A stretch of 64,000 nucleotides of DNA from contig CAZVHP010000001.1 in the NCBI GenBank assembly GCA_964627305.1, positions 269,792 through 333,791 of the forward strand, given 5' to 3'. Within the stretch, counting starts at the first letter, position 1; each line of letters begins with the position of its first letter. The notes under the pieces are model-generated. The model was not told the DNA's origin and did no database searches. It saw nothing but the letters and a program-made list of their open reading frames with translations. The DNA comes from an uncultured Ignavibacteriales bacterium. Its GTDB lineage: Bacteria; Zixibacteria; MSB-5A5; GN15; FEB-12. The position numbers were made by a program, and so were the translations under genes. Shown here piece by piece: positions 28,846-37,800 of the stretch.

Positions 28846-28875
28846 ATTATAATCACATGACCCGCACGCGGTCAA
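28846..28875 (-). promoter_or_regulatory. Sigma70-like promoter of the precursor/rSAM operon
   Basis: On the minus strand: TTGACC (28875-28870), 18-nt spacer, TATAAT (28851-28846). It sits in the only AT-rich patch of the region and implies a 5' UTR of about 210 nt. Confidence 0.55.
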
Positions 28876-29272
28876 GAGATTCCACGTCGCTCGCCACGAG
28901 TCTCTTACGATCTGAATGCGAGGGCTGTTCGACAGCATCAAAAGGAAACCGCTTGTACAGCACCCGGTGCCCCCTGCTTGCACCAATCAACTGCGATGTT
29001 TCACATCGTCCTGGATGACGTCGAGTTTGGCACCGACAACTCCGGGCAGCGGAACCTGAAGTTTGAGGTTGTTAATCATCACTCCACGGGGTACAATGAT
29101 GTGGACCACTTAGTGAACACGGCACCGGTCGCTCGCTGGCAATGGCCCGATAGCGATACATGAAGCCAGAGGCCTGATCAGCCGAGCGGATTCACGCGCA
29201 CGCTGCAGTCGTGAGTGCCCCTCCGCTCTGCTCCGGCGCGTGCAAACCGCAAGAGAAGGAGGCACAATTGCG

Positions 29273-30253
29273 ATGCTGAGCCGGAAGGATGCTCGAGTTG
29301 TCGAGCGACCAACCCGCGAAAGGCTGGCTCTTCGCACGTTCACGGCCGTGCTCTGTCTGCTCGTGACGGGGGATATCTTGGCTCAAGACACATTCGAGCC
29401 ACCCGCCTCTGGCTTTGAGACCGGCTGGGAGCGGTCCGAGCAACTGCTTACCTTCATCGGGCATGATCTCTACGCGCATATCAACGGCGGCGCCGAGTTG
29501 TATCACGAGTTCGGATTCGACCGGCTCCATGTTCAGTATTACCGGAAGGCTGACCAGGAACTGACCCTTGAGGTGTACCTGATGACCGACCCCAACGCTG
29601 CCCTCGGACTCTACCTGCTGAAGGCGGCCCAGGAGAGTCCCGTTGACGGCATCCGCGAACGTAACAGCGGCGATGCTTCGCAGATTGTCGTCGTCAAGGG
29701 AAGTGCTTTTGTCAGAATCAACAACTACACTTTCACCGACTCCCTGTTGCCGACGATGGTCAATCTGGCCAACACGGTGACCGTGAATCTTCCCGATGAG
29801 CCGGCTCCAGCCTTGCTCAGCCGTTTGCCCCTCACAGGTCTCCAGCACGGGACTGAGCGCATCATTCGCGGTCCCTACGCACTGGCCCAGGAAGCGAATC
29901 TCGGTCAGGGCGACATCCTGCAACTGGCTGGCCGCATTTGGGGGGTGCTCGGACGATACACTGATCAGCATGACTCGACCTTCACGCTTATCGAAGTCCG
30001 CTATCCCGATCCGGAGCGCGCAGGCGCCGCATTCAATCATCTGATGCACAACCTTAATGAACTGCAGACCATCATAGAGAAAGAGCGCCTCTCATTCACT
30101 TTCCGGGACCATCGCGGCCGATTCGGTGAGGTGACGGTCCGGGACACGATAATGGTATTGAACCTGGATATGTACAGCCGTGACAGCCATCCGGCTGCCG
30201 GCGATGCTGATACCACGACCGCCTCTGGTCCTTCTGATGCTCCGAAACCCTGA
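29273..30253 (+). CDS. Secreted hypothetical protein
   Basis: AAGGAGG 10 nt upstream of ATG 29273. Signal-peptide-like N terminus (LALRTFTAVLCLLVTGDILAQD) and high GC3. No motif recognised. Confidence 0.6.
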   Translation: MLSRKDARVVERPTRERLALRTFTAVLCLLVTGDILAQDTFEPPASGFETGWERSEQLLTFIGHDLYAHINGGAELYHEFGFDRLHVQYYRKADQELTLEVYLMTDPNAALGLYLLKAAQESPVDGIRERNSGDASQIVVVKGSAFVRINNYTFTDSLLPTMVNLANTVTVNLPDEPAPALLSRLPLTGLQHGTERIIRGPYALAQEANLGQGDILQLAGRIWGVLGRYTDQHDSTFTLIEVRYPDPERAGAAFNHLMHNLNELQTIIEKERLSFTFRDHRGRFGEVTVRDTIMVLNLDMYSRDSHPAAGDADTTTASGPSDAPKP

Positions 30254-30382
30254 AGGCCCCAATACCCTGCAAACTCGCGATCTAACGCGGGTCTCCTTCT
30301 CATCGCAGCGGCGGCTTGGTAGGAACGCCGCTTGACGTGCCTCTGTAAGGGAACCCGTGATGCCTCTGCCGTAACCGACTTC

Positions 30383-32398
30383 TCAGAACTCCCGCTTGTC
30401 GGCTGTGGCCAGTTGCGTGACCATCGAAACCTCCTCACCACTGCCCAGCATATAGATGACGTCTCCCGTCCTCAGCGTAAACTCCCCCTCCGGATTCGGG
30501 TGCATTCGCTTGCCGCGATATACTCCCACCACCGTCACACCGTGTCTCTTCCGAAGGTCCAGTTCGGCCAGGGACCTGTCTGCCAGCGATGACTGTTCGT
30601 GCAGCGTGACCGGGACTATTTCAAGATCGGGAGTATGACGCCTCAGATCCGAAAGCCGCGCGGAGGGGGCTGACATCGATCTGAACATGCCATAGCCGTC
30701 CGCCCGCACGGTGTCAACAAAGCGCTCGATTTGGTCGATCGGCACCAGATAGCGCGCCAGTACCCGGGTGAATATTTCAATCGAGGTCTCGAATTCCTCG
30801 GGAATGACTTCTTCCGCGCCACCCTCAAGCAAATCCGGCATCTCCTTGACAAACCGTGTGCGCACGATCAGATATACCGATGGATTCAATGCCTTGACCT
30901 GGCGGACGATATTCCGTGTGGCCGCCGGATCCGAGATCGCAATTACCACCACCCGCGCCTCCTTGATGCCGGCGTGCAGGAGCACCTCCTTACTGGTAGC
31001 ATCACCATACCGAATCGGTCGCCCCAACTTGCGTTCTCGGCGCACCGTCTCAGGATTCATCTCGATGATCAGATGGGGGATATCAACCTCACGTGCTGCC
31101 CGTGCCAGGTTGTTCCCGTTAAGACCATAGCCGATGATAATCAGGTGGTCACGCAACTCCCCCTGTCCGCTGGTGTCGTTATCAGAGATGTCGCTGTCTG
31201 CTGCCGCGACAACCTTGCTCCCCACTAGTCTGTTGGCCAGGGCCGGTGCCCCCGCGATTATGAACGGCGTTGCCGCCATCGTAAGGATACTTACCGCAAT
31301 GAATGCCTGGTACGTATCCTGATCCAGCAGCCCCGTCGATACGCCAACCCGCGAGAGGATGAAGGAAAACTCCCCAATCTGGCTGAGAGCCAGGCCCGAG
31401 ATGATCGCAATTCGTGTCGGCAAACCTAAGATGACAACCACCCCTCCTGCCAGAACACTCTTGAGCACCAGCACGACAACAACCATGATCAGTACCATCA
31501 GAAGGTTCTCGGTAAGGAAGCTCAGGTTGAAGAGCATTCCGACTGAGACAAAGAAGAAACTACTGAATACCTCCTTGAACGGAAGGATGCCATCAAGCGC
31601 CTGGTAGGAGTACTCCGAATCGGAGATGATAAGCCCGGCGAGAAACGCCCCCAGCCCCAACGAAAGACCCAGCTGCGATGTCCCCCACGCGACCACTATA
31701 CAGATGAGTACGATCGACATCAGAAAGAGCTCGCGGCTGCGAGTGCGCGTGATATGGTAGAGCATCCAGGGGACGACGTAACGCGCACCAAGTACGACGG
31801 CCACAATAATTGCCATTACCTTGATCAGAAGAATGAGCAGCTCTTGCGGGACATCGGTTTGCCCCCCGGCGAGCAGTGGCGTCAGTATCATCATGGGAAC
31901 AATCACAATGTCCTGCAGAATCAAAACGGACAGCACTACCCGCCCGTGCGGAGTCTCCATCTCAGCTCGGTCCTGCATGGTTTTGAGTACGATTGCGGTC
32001 GAACTGAGCGCAACCAGGCAGCCGGCAAATACAGCCTGATTCCAGGGCCAGTGAACAAGCCACGTCAGCAAAGCGACCGTCGCAAGCGTCAGCCCTACCT
32101 GCATTCCACCGCCAACAATGACCAGCTTGCGGGAGGCGAGTAAGTCCTTCAAAGAGAACTCAATGCCAATTGTGAACAGCAGAAGGATCACCCCCAACTC
32201 GGCCAGCAGCTCCACGGCATGGATCGAACTGACAATTCCAAGAGCGTGCGGTCCAATCAGCACGCCGGCGGCAAGAAAGCCAACAACCGAAGGCATCCGA
32301 AAACGACTGAACAACCACACGATCGCGGCCGAAAACCCAAAAATGACAACAATATCCCGCAGCAAAGGGAAATCTACAACGCCGGCACTGATGATCAT
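30383..32398 (-). CDS. CPA2-family cation:proton antiporter (Kef-type) with C-terminal RCK/TrkA-N and TrkA-C domains
   Basis: About 13 TM segments, then the Rossmann stretch HLIIIGYGLNGNNLA and a C-terminal TrkA-C-like region. The start lies 3 nt after the upstream antiporter stop. Confidence 0.88.
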   Translation of the reverse strand: MIISAGVVDFPLLRDIVVIFGFSAAIVWLFSRFRMPSVVGFLAAGVLIGPHALGIVSSIHAVELLAELGVILLLFTIGIEFSLKDLLASRKLVIVGGGMQVGLTLATVALLTWLVHWPWNQAVFAGCLVALSSTAIVLKTMQDRAEMETPHGRVVLSVLILQDIVIVPMMILTPLLAGGQTDVPQELLILLIKVMAIIVAVVLGARYVVPWMLYHITRTRSRELFLMSIVLICIVVAWGTSQLGLSLGLGAFLAGLIISDSEYSYQALDGILPFKEVFSSFFFVSVGMLFNLSFLTENLLMVLIMVVVVLVLKSVLAGGVVVILGLPTRIAIISGLALSQIGEFSFILSRVGVSTGLLDQDTYQAFIAVSILTMAATPFIIAGAPALANRLVGSKVVAAADSDISDNDTSGQGELRDHLIIIGYGLNGNNLARAAREVDIPHLIIEMNPETVRRERKLGRPIRYGDATSKEVLLHAGIKEARVVVIAISDPAATRNIVRQVKALNPSVYLIVRTRFVKEMPDLLEGGAEEVIPEEFETSIEIFTRVLARYLVPIDQIERFVDTVRADGYGMFRSMSAPSARLSDLRRHTPDLEIVPVTLHEQSSLADRSLAELDLRKRHGVTVVGVYRGKRMHPNPEGEFTLRTGDVIYMLGSGEEVSMVTQLATADKREF

Positions 32399-32401
32399 AA
32401 A

Positions 32402-33583
32402 CTATCGCCTCACCAACAAATCGAACAGCCACTGACCGAGCCCGAACAGCACCAGAATGCCTCCCTCAAGTCGACTCAGCCTGCGCCCAGTGTACATGAA
32501 GATGAGTATGACCACCAGGATCAGGCACATAACTGCCATGCTCAAGGCCGCCTGGTGGCTGACAATGACTGAGGCCGCGATCGGCGGCTGCAGAAGCACC
32601 CCTGCAATGCCCAGCACTCCAAATATGTTGAAGACCGAACTGCCCAGAAGATTGCCGACCGACATATCGGCTGATCCATGCCGCGCCGCCGCCAGCGAGA
32701 CCACCAGTTCCGGCGCTGAAGTGCCGGCAGCGACTATCGTGATACCGATAACATACTCCGGAATACTGAAGTAGTAGGCGAACCACAGGGCGCCGAAACC
32801 CTCCAGACCTCGCGATGCCGGCTCGGCATACCCGATCAGGTACTGACACCCGCCAACAACCATCACCAACCCCACTATCAGGTAGACCGCCTCACCAATC
32901 CAGTGACCGTCCGACGGCTGTTGAGTCGCTGGTCTTCCGCCTGTGTCCCGACGGGCAATGTAAAGCAGCCAGATGTAAACTGCCAGGCCCAGCAGCAGAG
33001 CCAGGCCCTCGATGAAATCCAGCCGCATGTTAAGCAGCGTTCCCAGGACCGGCTCGGTGCTGCCGTCGGCCAGTCTCGTTGCTCCCGGAAGATGTCCCAA
33101 TGCCACAAGCGCCAGCACCGTCCCCAACAGCAGTATCGGGCCGTCGCGCTTCACCAGGGGACGAGCGATATGCACACCTCCGGCCGTAAACAGCGCCACC
33201 GCCCCGAGGATGAAATACATGTTGAAGATATTCGACCCGATGACGTTCGCCACCGTGATGTCCCCGCTCCCGCGCAGCCCGGCCACAACCGAGGCCGCCA
33301 TCTCCGGAGCACTCGTACCGAAAGCCACCACCGACAAACCTATCACCAGTTCCGATATGCCCAGCCGACGGGCAAGCCCAGCGGCACCGTCAACCACCCA
33401 GTCAGCACCGCGACTGACCAGCCAGATCAGGATCGCGAAGGAAGCCACTCTGAGCACGATTGCCAGAGCGCCCTCGGTCTCGATCGTACCGATGCCCGCA
33501 TGCACAACCGCGAGGAGTACCCCCAGGGCGGCCGGAACTGCAAACTGCCTGTGCCACGGATTACGCATACGTTGACGTAACAA
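32402..33583 (-). CDS. CaCA-family sodium/calcium (cation) antiporter, YrbG-like
   Basis: Two alpha-repeat signatures, AFGTSAPEMAASV and AAGTSAPELVVSL, in a polytopic membrane protein. Start is uncertain (TTG 33583 or ATG 33568). Confidence 0.85.
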   Translation of the reverse strand: MLRQRMRNPWHRQFAVPAALGVLLAVVHAGIGTIETEGALAIVLRVASFAILIWLVSRGADWVVDGAAGLARRLGISELVIGLSVVAFGTSAPEMAASVVAGLRGSGDITVANVIGSNIFNMYFILGAVALFTAGGVHIARPLVKRDGPILLLGTVLALVALGHLPGATRLADGSTEPVLGTLLNMRLDFIEGLALLLGLAVYIWLLYIARRDTGGRPATQQPSDGHWIGEAVYLIVGLVMVVGGCQYLIGYAEPASRGLEGFGALWFAYYFSIPEYVIGITIVAAGTSAPELVVSLAAARHGSADMSVGNLLGSSVFNIFGVLGIAGVLLQPPIAASVIVSHQAALSMAVMCLILVVILIFMYTGRRLSRLEGGILVLFGLGQWLFDLLVRR

Positions 33584-33605
33584 TCACGCCGATCACGGGT
33601 TCAGG

Positions 33606-33656
33606 CAAACAAAAAACGGCGGTAGTTGACACCAGTTGTGTGTCACTTGCCGCCGT
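33606..33656 (-). terminator. Rho-independent terminator immediately upstream of the antiporter genes
   Basis: On the minus strand: ACGGCGGCAAGTGACAC-ACAACTG-GTGTCAACTACCGCCGT (15-bp stem with one mismatch and two wobbles) followed by TTTTTTGTTT. It ends about 25-40 nt before the antiporter start. Confidence 0.7.
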
Positions 33657-33789
33657 CATCAGATGCCGGCGCCTACTTATCGGATGATGCACTCTTGTCA
33701 TGTTATGTTGCCACTATGGATCACTTGCTCTTGTTCGATGGATGACCTACTCAGAAGTCCAAAGAGAGGGAAGCTGCTGTGCGGATTTC

Positions 33790-34068
33790 TTAGCTCAGCA
33801 GCTTGCCCACTCCTCGATACAGCCTGCCCGAGACCGGCGCACTGACCAGCAGGACTGCCGCGGCAAGGTAGCAGACCAGCGCCACCAGTGCCACCGATTC
33901 AGCCAGCGAGCCGAAATAGCTCTCCAGCACCTCGCCCGCGTAATCCCACACGCGGCCGCGATAGGCATAAACCACCAGCCCGGTCTCCAGATGGACCAGA
34001 CCGACCGCCGCCAGCAGCACTTTCAGCACGTGCTCCAGCAGCTTGTTTGACTTGAAGTAATGGTACAT
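33790..34068 (-). CDS. Small (92-aa) integral membrane protein, unknown function
   Basis: Very high GC3. Two to three hydrophobic helices (LLAAVGLVHL..., VALVALVCYLAAAVLLV). Purine-rich GAGAGGGAAG upstream of the ATG. Confidence 0.6.
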   Translation of the reverse strand: MYHYFKSNKLLEHVLKVLLAAVGLVHLETGLVVYAYRGRVWDYAGEVLESYFGSLAESVALVALVCYLAAAVLLVSAPVSGRLYRGVGKLLS

Positions 34069-34294
34069 TGCTTCCCTCTCTTCGGAATCACTGATTCCTT
34101 CTCCGTCCGATTACCCGGGTATTTGCCCGGATCAGCATAACTCGGCCGTTTCGGACCCGCTACGTCTGCGGTTCCGCGATTACTGTCGAATGTGTGACTG
34201 GGAACGAACTGGGGGTGAGAGAGAAGCCGGACTGACCTGGAGTCGGTCAGAAACCTCGGTTGATTTGGCATATGCTGCCCGAGGCCTCCGATCC

Positions 34295-34423
34295 CTACAT
34301 TCGGCTGTCTGTCACCTCGCTCGATTCGTTCACCCACGCGATCTTGCGATAGCTGTTCATCCCCGAGGGGACAATGAGCTGCCGGCAAAATCGCCTCTTG
34401 GCTTGTCCTGGCTGTGACACCAT
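34295..34423 (-). CDS. 42-codon ORF with strong SD (not in the ORF track), unknown function
   Basis: AAGGAGG plus a 5-nt spacer before ATG 34423. Translation is MVSQPGQAKRRFCRQLIVPSGMNSYRKIAWVNESSEVTDSRM with stop TAG at 34295-34297. 31 of 42 codons end in G/C. Confidence 0.45.
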   Translation of the reverse strand: MVSQPGQAKRRFCRQLIVPSGMNSYRKIAWVNESSEVTDSRM

Positions 34424-34473
34424 GGTGTCCTCCTTTTGCGAACCGTTTGAGGTTATCGTTGACTCGTGAACAC

Positions 34474-34654
34474 AAAAAAACCCGAGACCTGGGTCCCGGG
34501 GAAAAACTGCGGATAAGCATCCGGTGGGATAGTCCAGATCTATAACATGCGCCTGCCCTTCAGAAGCTGGCCGTTGTACGTCTTACAAAGTTCAAAAATC
34601 ATATCAGTCTCTATCGGTTCCTACACTGAAGGCTTTAGTCGTCTGTTCTGGTTG
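34474..34654 (-). ncRNA. About 180-nt structured RNA bounded by a promoter and an intrinsic terminator: either an independent sRNA (rod-like, 6S-reminiscent) or a terminator-type cis-regulatory leader
   Basis: The promoter is listed separately. Long-range complementarity between the two halves: GGUGG/CCACC, CCAGA/UCUGG, GCCUUCAG/CUGAAGGGC. CGGAU-GCUU-AUCCG hairpin. Terminator CCCGGGAC-CCAG-GUCUCGGG followed by U7. Confidence 0.45.
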
Positions 34655-34660
34655 GCCACC

Positions 34661-34689
34661 AGAATATGCTGCCCTCTACGTTCTGTCAA
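34661..34689 (-). promoter_or_regulatory. Sigma70-like promoter driving the structured RNA
   Basis: On the minus strand: TTGACA (34689-34684), 17-nt spacer, TATTCT (34666-34661). Confidence 0.55.
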
Positions 34690-34896
34690 GCACTAAGTTG
34701 CCTGCTCTTCATTTTTAATGTGTTACGAGTTATCCACTTTTGCAGGTGGTGGCTGATATCTTTGAGCGGTTGGCCGAAGTGCTGTCCTCTTTGGGCCCCC
34801 CCAGCAATGAACAACTTCTCGTTGAACTCGGCCCAGCGATCTGCTACATTGCTGCCAGTGTTCACAAAGCATCCTCGATCTCAGGAGAACCGTCCC

Positions 34897-37800
34897 ATGT
34901 CTCGTTCTTTCCCGGCTGCCGCTTTCTTTTTCGCACTGCTGTTACCATTGCTGGTGTCATCGTCGCCGAGTCCGGCCGACCAACCCGGGCCGCAGGGCTA
35001 TTATCGGTATCCTGCCATTGGCGGAGGTTTCATAGTGTTTACCGCCGAGGGCGACCTCTGGCGGGTGCCAATCGAAGGCGGTCTGGCCCGGCGCCTGACC
35101 ACCCATCATGGATGGGAGTATCGCCCCGTTGTCTCACCCGACGGAACACAAGTGGCCTTTACTGCCCAATACGAGGGTACCAGCGATGTCTATGTCATGC
35201 CGCTTGCCGGCGGTTTACCACGGCGCCTGACTTGGGAGAACGAGCAAAGCTATGTCGCCTCATGGATCGACAACAAGATCCTGCTGTATGCCACCTCGCA
35301 CTTCTCTACCCTGCCGAGCTATCAACTGGTCAGGCTCAACCTGACCACCGGTGAGCGGGTACCCGTCCCCCTGGCGCAGGCCGCCGATGGTGTCCATGGT
35401 GACGCCGAAGAGCTGTTCTTCGTCCGTCTCCCGCACCAGGGGAGCCACGCCCGAAACTACCCCGGTGGTACGGTACAGAACCTCTGGAAGTTCACTCCCG
35501 ATATGGCCGACGCCGTAAGACTGCATCCCGACTTCGAAGGTACCAGCCGCAGCCCCATGTGGTGGCAGGGAAGAGTGTACTTCGCCACTGACCGTGACCG
35601 GACCATAAACCTCTGGTCGATGCTCCCGGATGGCACCGACCTCAGGCAGCACACGTTCCATGAAGGATGGGACGTGAAATCTCCCGCTTTGTCTGATGGT
35701 ATGATTGTCTATCAGCTCGGGGCCGACCTGTACCTGTACGAGATCGCCACCGATCAGACGGCCATGGTCGAGATTACTCTCGCCTCCGATTTCGACCAGA
35801 TGCGCGAGAAGTGGATCGACAAGCCGATGGATTATCTGACCTCTGCCCATTTGTCCGGTGACGGCAGCCACGTTGTGCTTACTGCCCGCGGGCAGGTGTT
35901 CGTGCGACCGGTGAAGGCCGGCCGAATGCGGGAAGTCACCCGCAATGACGGCGTGCGCTACCGCAGCGCCCGGTTTCTGCATGGCAACGACACCCTGATT
36001 GCCCTCTCGGACGAAAGCGGCGAGGTGGAGTTCTGGCAACTGCTCGCCGACGGCACCGGAGTCCCTCTGCAGCTTACCGACAATGCCGAGGTACTGCGCT
36101 TCGATGGCCTTCCGTCGCCCGATGGGAATCTCATCGCCTACACCGACAAGAACAACAGGCTATGGGTCTATGAACGTGACCGTGATCGGCACCGGCTGGT
36201 TGACAGCGGTCGCTACGGCGCCGCCCATGACCCCACCTGGGCACCGGACAGCCGCCATCTGGCCTGGGTCGGCGAGGCCGAAAACGACTTCTCCCGGATA
36301 TGGATCTACGCGGTTGTTGATGATGAGCGCTTTGCCGTCACCAGCGATCACTATGAATCCTATGACCCCGCTTTCAGCCCCGATGGCAAGTGGCTGTACT
36401 TCATATCACAGCGCAATCTGGATGCGATCGCCGGCAATGTCTGGGGGCCGCGTGCAGAGCAGCCGTTCCTATACGCTCCGGCCAAACTATATCAGCTGGC
36501 CCTGTCCAAAGACGCCCGGTCGCCATTCGAGTTGAAGGATGAGCTTACCCTCAAGACTGAAGCGACAGCGAAGACCGACAAAGATGACAAGAAGGATCAG
36601 AAGCCGGCTGTCGTGGTCAGCATCGATCGCGATTCACTACCGTGGCGCCTGTATGAACTCCCGGTCGACGGCGGCAACTACACTGACCTGAATGTAACCG
36701 ATAAGGCTGTCTACTACCGCTCCTGGCCCGCTGTCGGCAGCCGCAAATACACGCTCAATGTCCTCGAAATCAGCGATGATTCTCCCAAACCGGCCGAATT
36801 CGCGAGCAACATTTCGGAATACGAGCTGTCAGGCGATCTGTCGAAGATACTCCTGAGGTCCGGCGATAACCTCTATGTCGTCGACGCCTCCGTCAGCCCT
36901 CCTGCCAGTCTCGATAAAGGCAGGCTGGACCTGACCTCGTGGACGTTCCCGCTCAACCCGCGCGAGGAGTGGCGTCAGATGTTCCTTGAGGCGTGGCGTC
37001 TCGAACGGGATTACTTCTACGATACTGGTATGCACGGTGTGGACTGGACAGCCATCCGCGACAAGTATCTTCCTCTGGTCGACCGCGTCACCGATCGCTG
37101 GGAGCTTAGCGACCTGCTGGCCCACATGATCAGCGAGTTGTCGGCCCTGCATATGACAGTCGGCGGCGGTGATCACCGCACTGCCGAGGAGAAAGTCACC
37201 ATCGCCTCGCTTGGCGCACTGCTGATACGCGATGTTCGCGGCGGTGGCTACCGCGTTGACCACATCTACCGCGGTGATCCCGAACGTCCGGAGACACTCA
37301 GCCCGCTGGCCAAACCCGGAGTCGGAATCACCGAGGGGGATATGCTGGTCGGTATCAATGGGCAGGACGTCCTGAAGGCATCGCATATCAACGAGCTCAT
37401 TCGCAACAGGGTCGGTCAACAGGTGCTCGTGGAATACAAACCGCATAATCGGTCCGGCACCGAAAAGGCCATTGTCGTTCCCGTCTCAGGAGCAGCCGAG
37501 CGCAATCTTCGCTACCTCGACTGGGAGATCACGCGCCGCCGGATGGTCGACAGCCTCAGCGACGGCCAGATCGGCTATGTCCACATTCGCGCTATGGGGC
37601 GCGGCAACTACGCTGAGTGGGCACGCGACTTCTTCCCCGTCTGGAATCGCCCCGGGCTCATTATCGATGTCCGCCACAACCAGGGCGGCAATATCGACAG
37701 TTGGATTATCGGATCGCTGCTGCGTAAGCCGTTCCTGTGGTGGCAGCCCCGCATAGGGCAGGCCGACCCCAACTTCCAGTACGGTTTCGCCGGCCACATG

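Noticed and set aside
28987-29079. 30-codon minus-strand ORF (MINNLKLQVPLPGVVGAKLDVIQDDVKHRS) as a possible second precursor peptide
   Set aside because: It lies upstream of the operon promoter and contains no Cys. GGAG is only 2 nt from the ATG. Its GC3 (about 0.6) is lower than that of the overlapping opposite-strand frame. It cannot be supported.
28978-29163. 61-aa + strand ORF (55 aa from ATG 28996) with fairly high GC3 in the divergent region
   Set aside because: There is no SD before either start and no recognisable motif or hydrophobic segment. It may be a real small protein or a gene remnant, but the evidence is too thin for a feature call.
34023-34520. 165-aa minus-strand ORF from the track
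   Set aside because: It would have to be translated through an intrinsic terminator (34474-34501). It also overlaps both the SD-led 42-codon ORF (in a different frame) and the start of the 92-aa membrane protein, and its sequence is low-complexity Arg/Ser/Pro/Gly.
34536-34595. 19-codon ORF (MIFELCKTYNGQLLKGRRML) inside the candidate structured RNA
   Set aside because: It has only a weak purine stretch upstream, low GC3 and lies in the AU-rich centre of the fold. It is more likely non-coding.
34666-34896. Track start of the first tricorn gene at 34666, and similar upstream extensions (6967 for aceE, 11136 for lpdA, 21032 for tolC, 24448 for the ABC gene, 25919 for the B12 rSAM, 14388 for glnS)
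   Set aside because: Each extension overlaps the neighbouring gene or a promoter/terminator element and lacks an SD. An internal start with an SD and a sensible N terminus (signal peptide or conserved motif) exists in every case.
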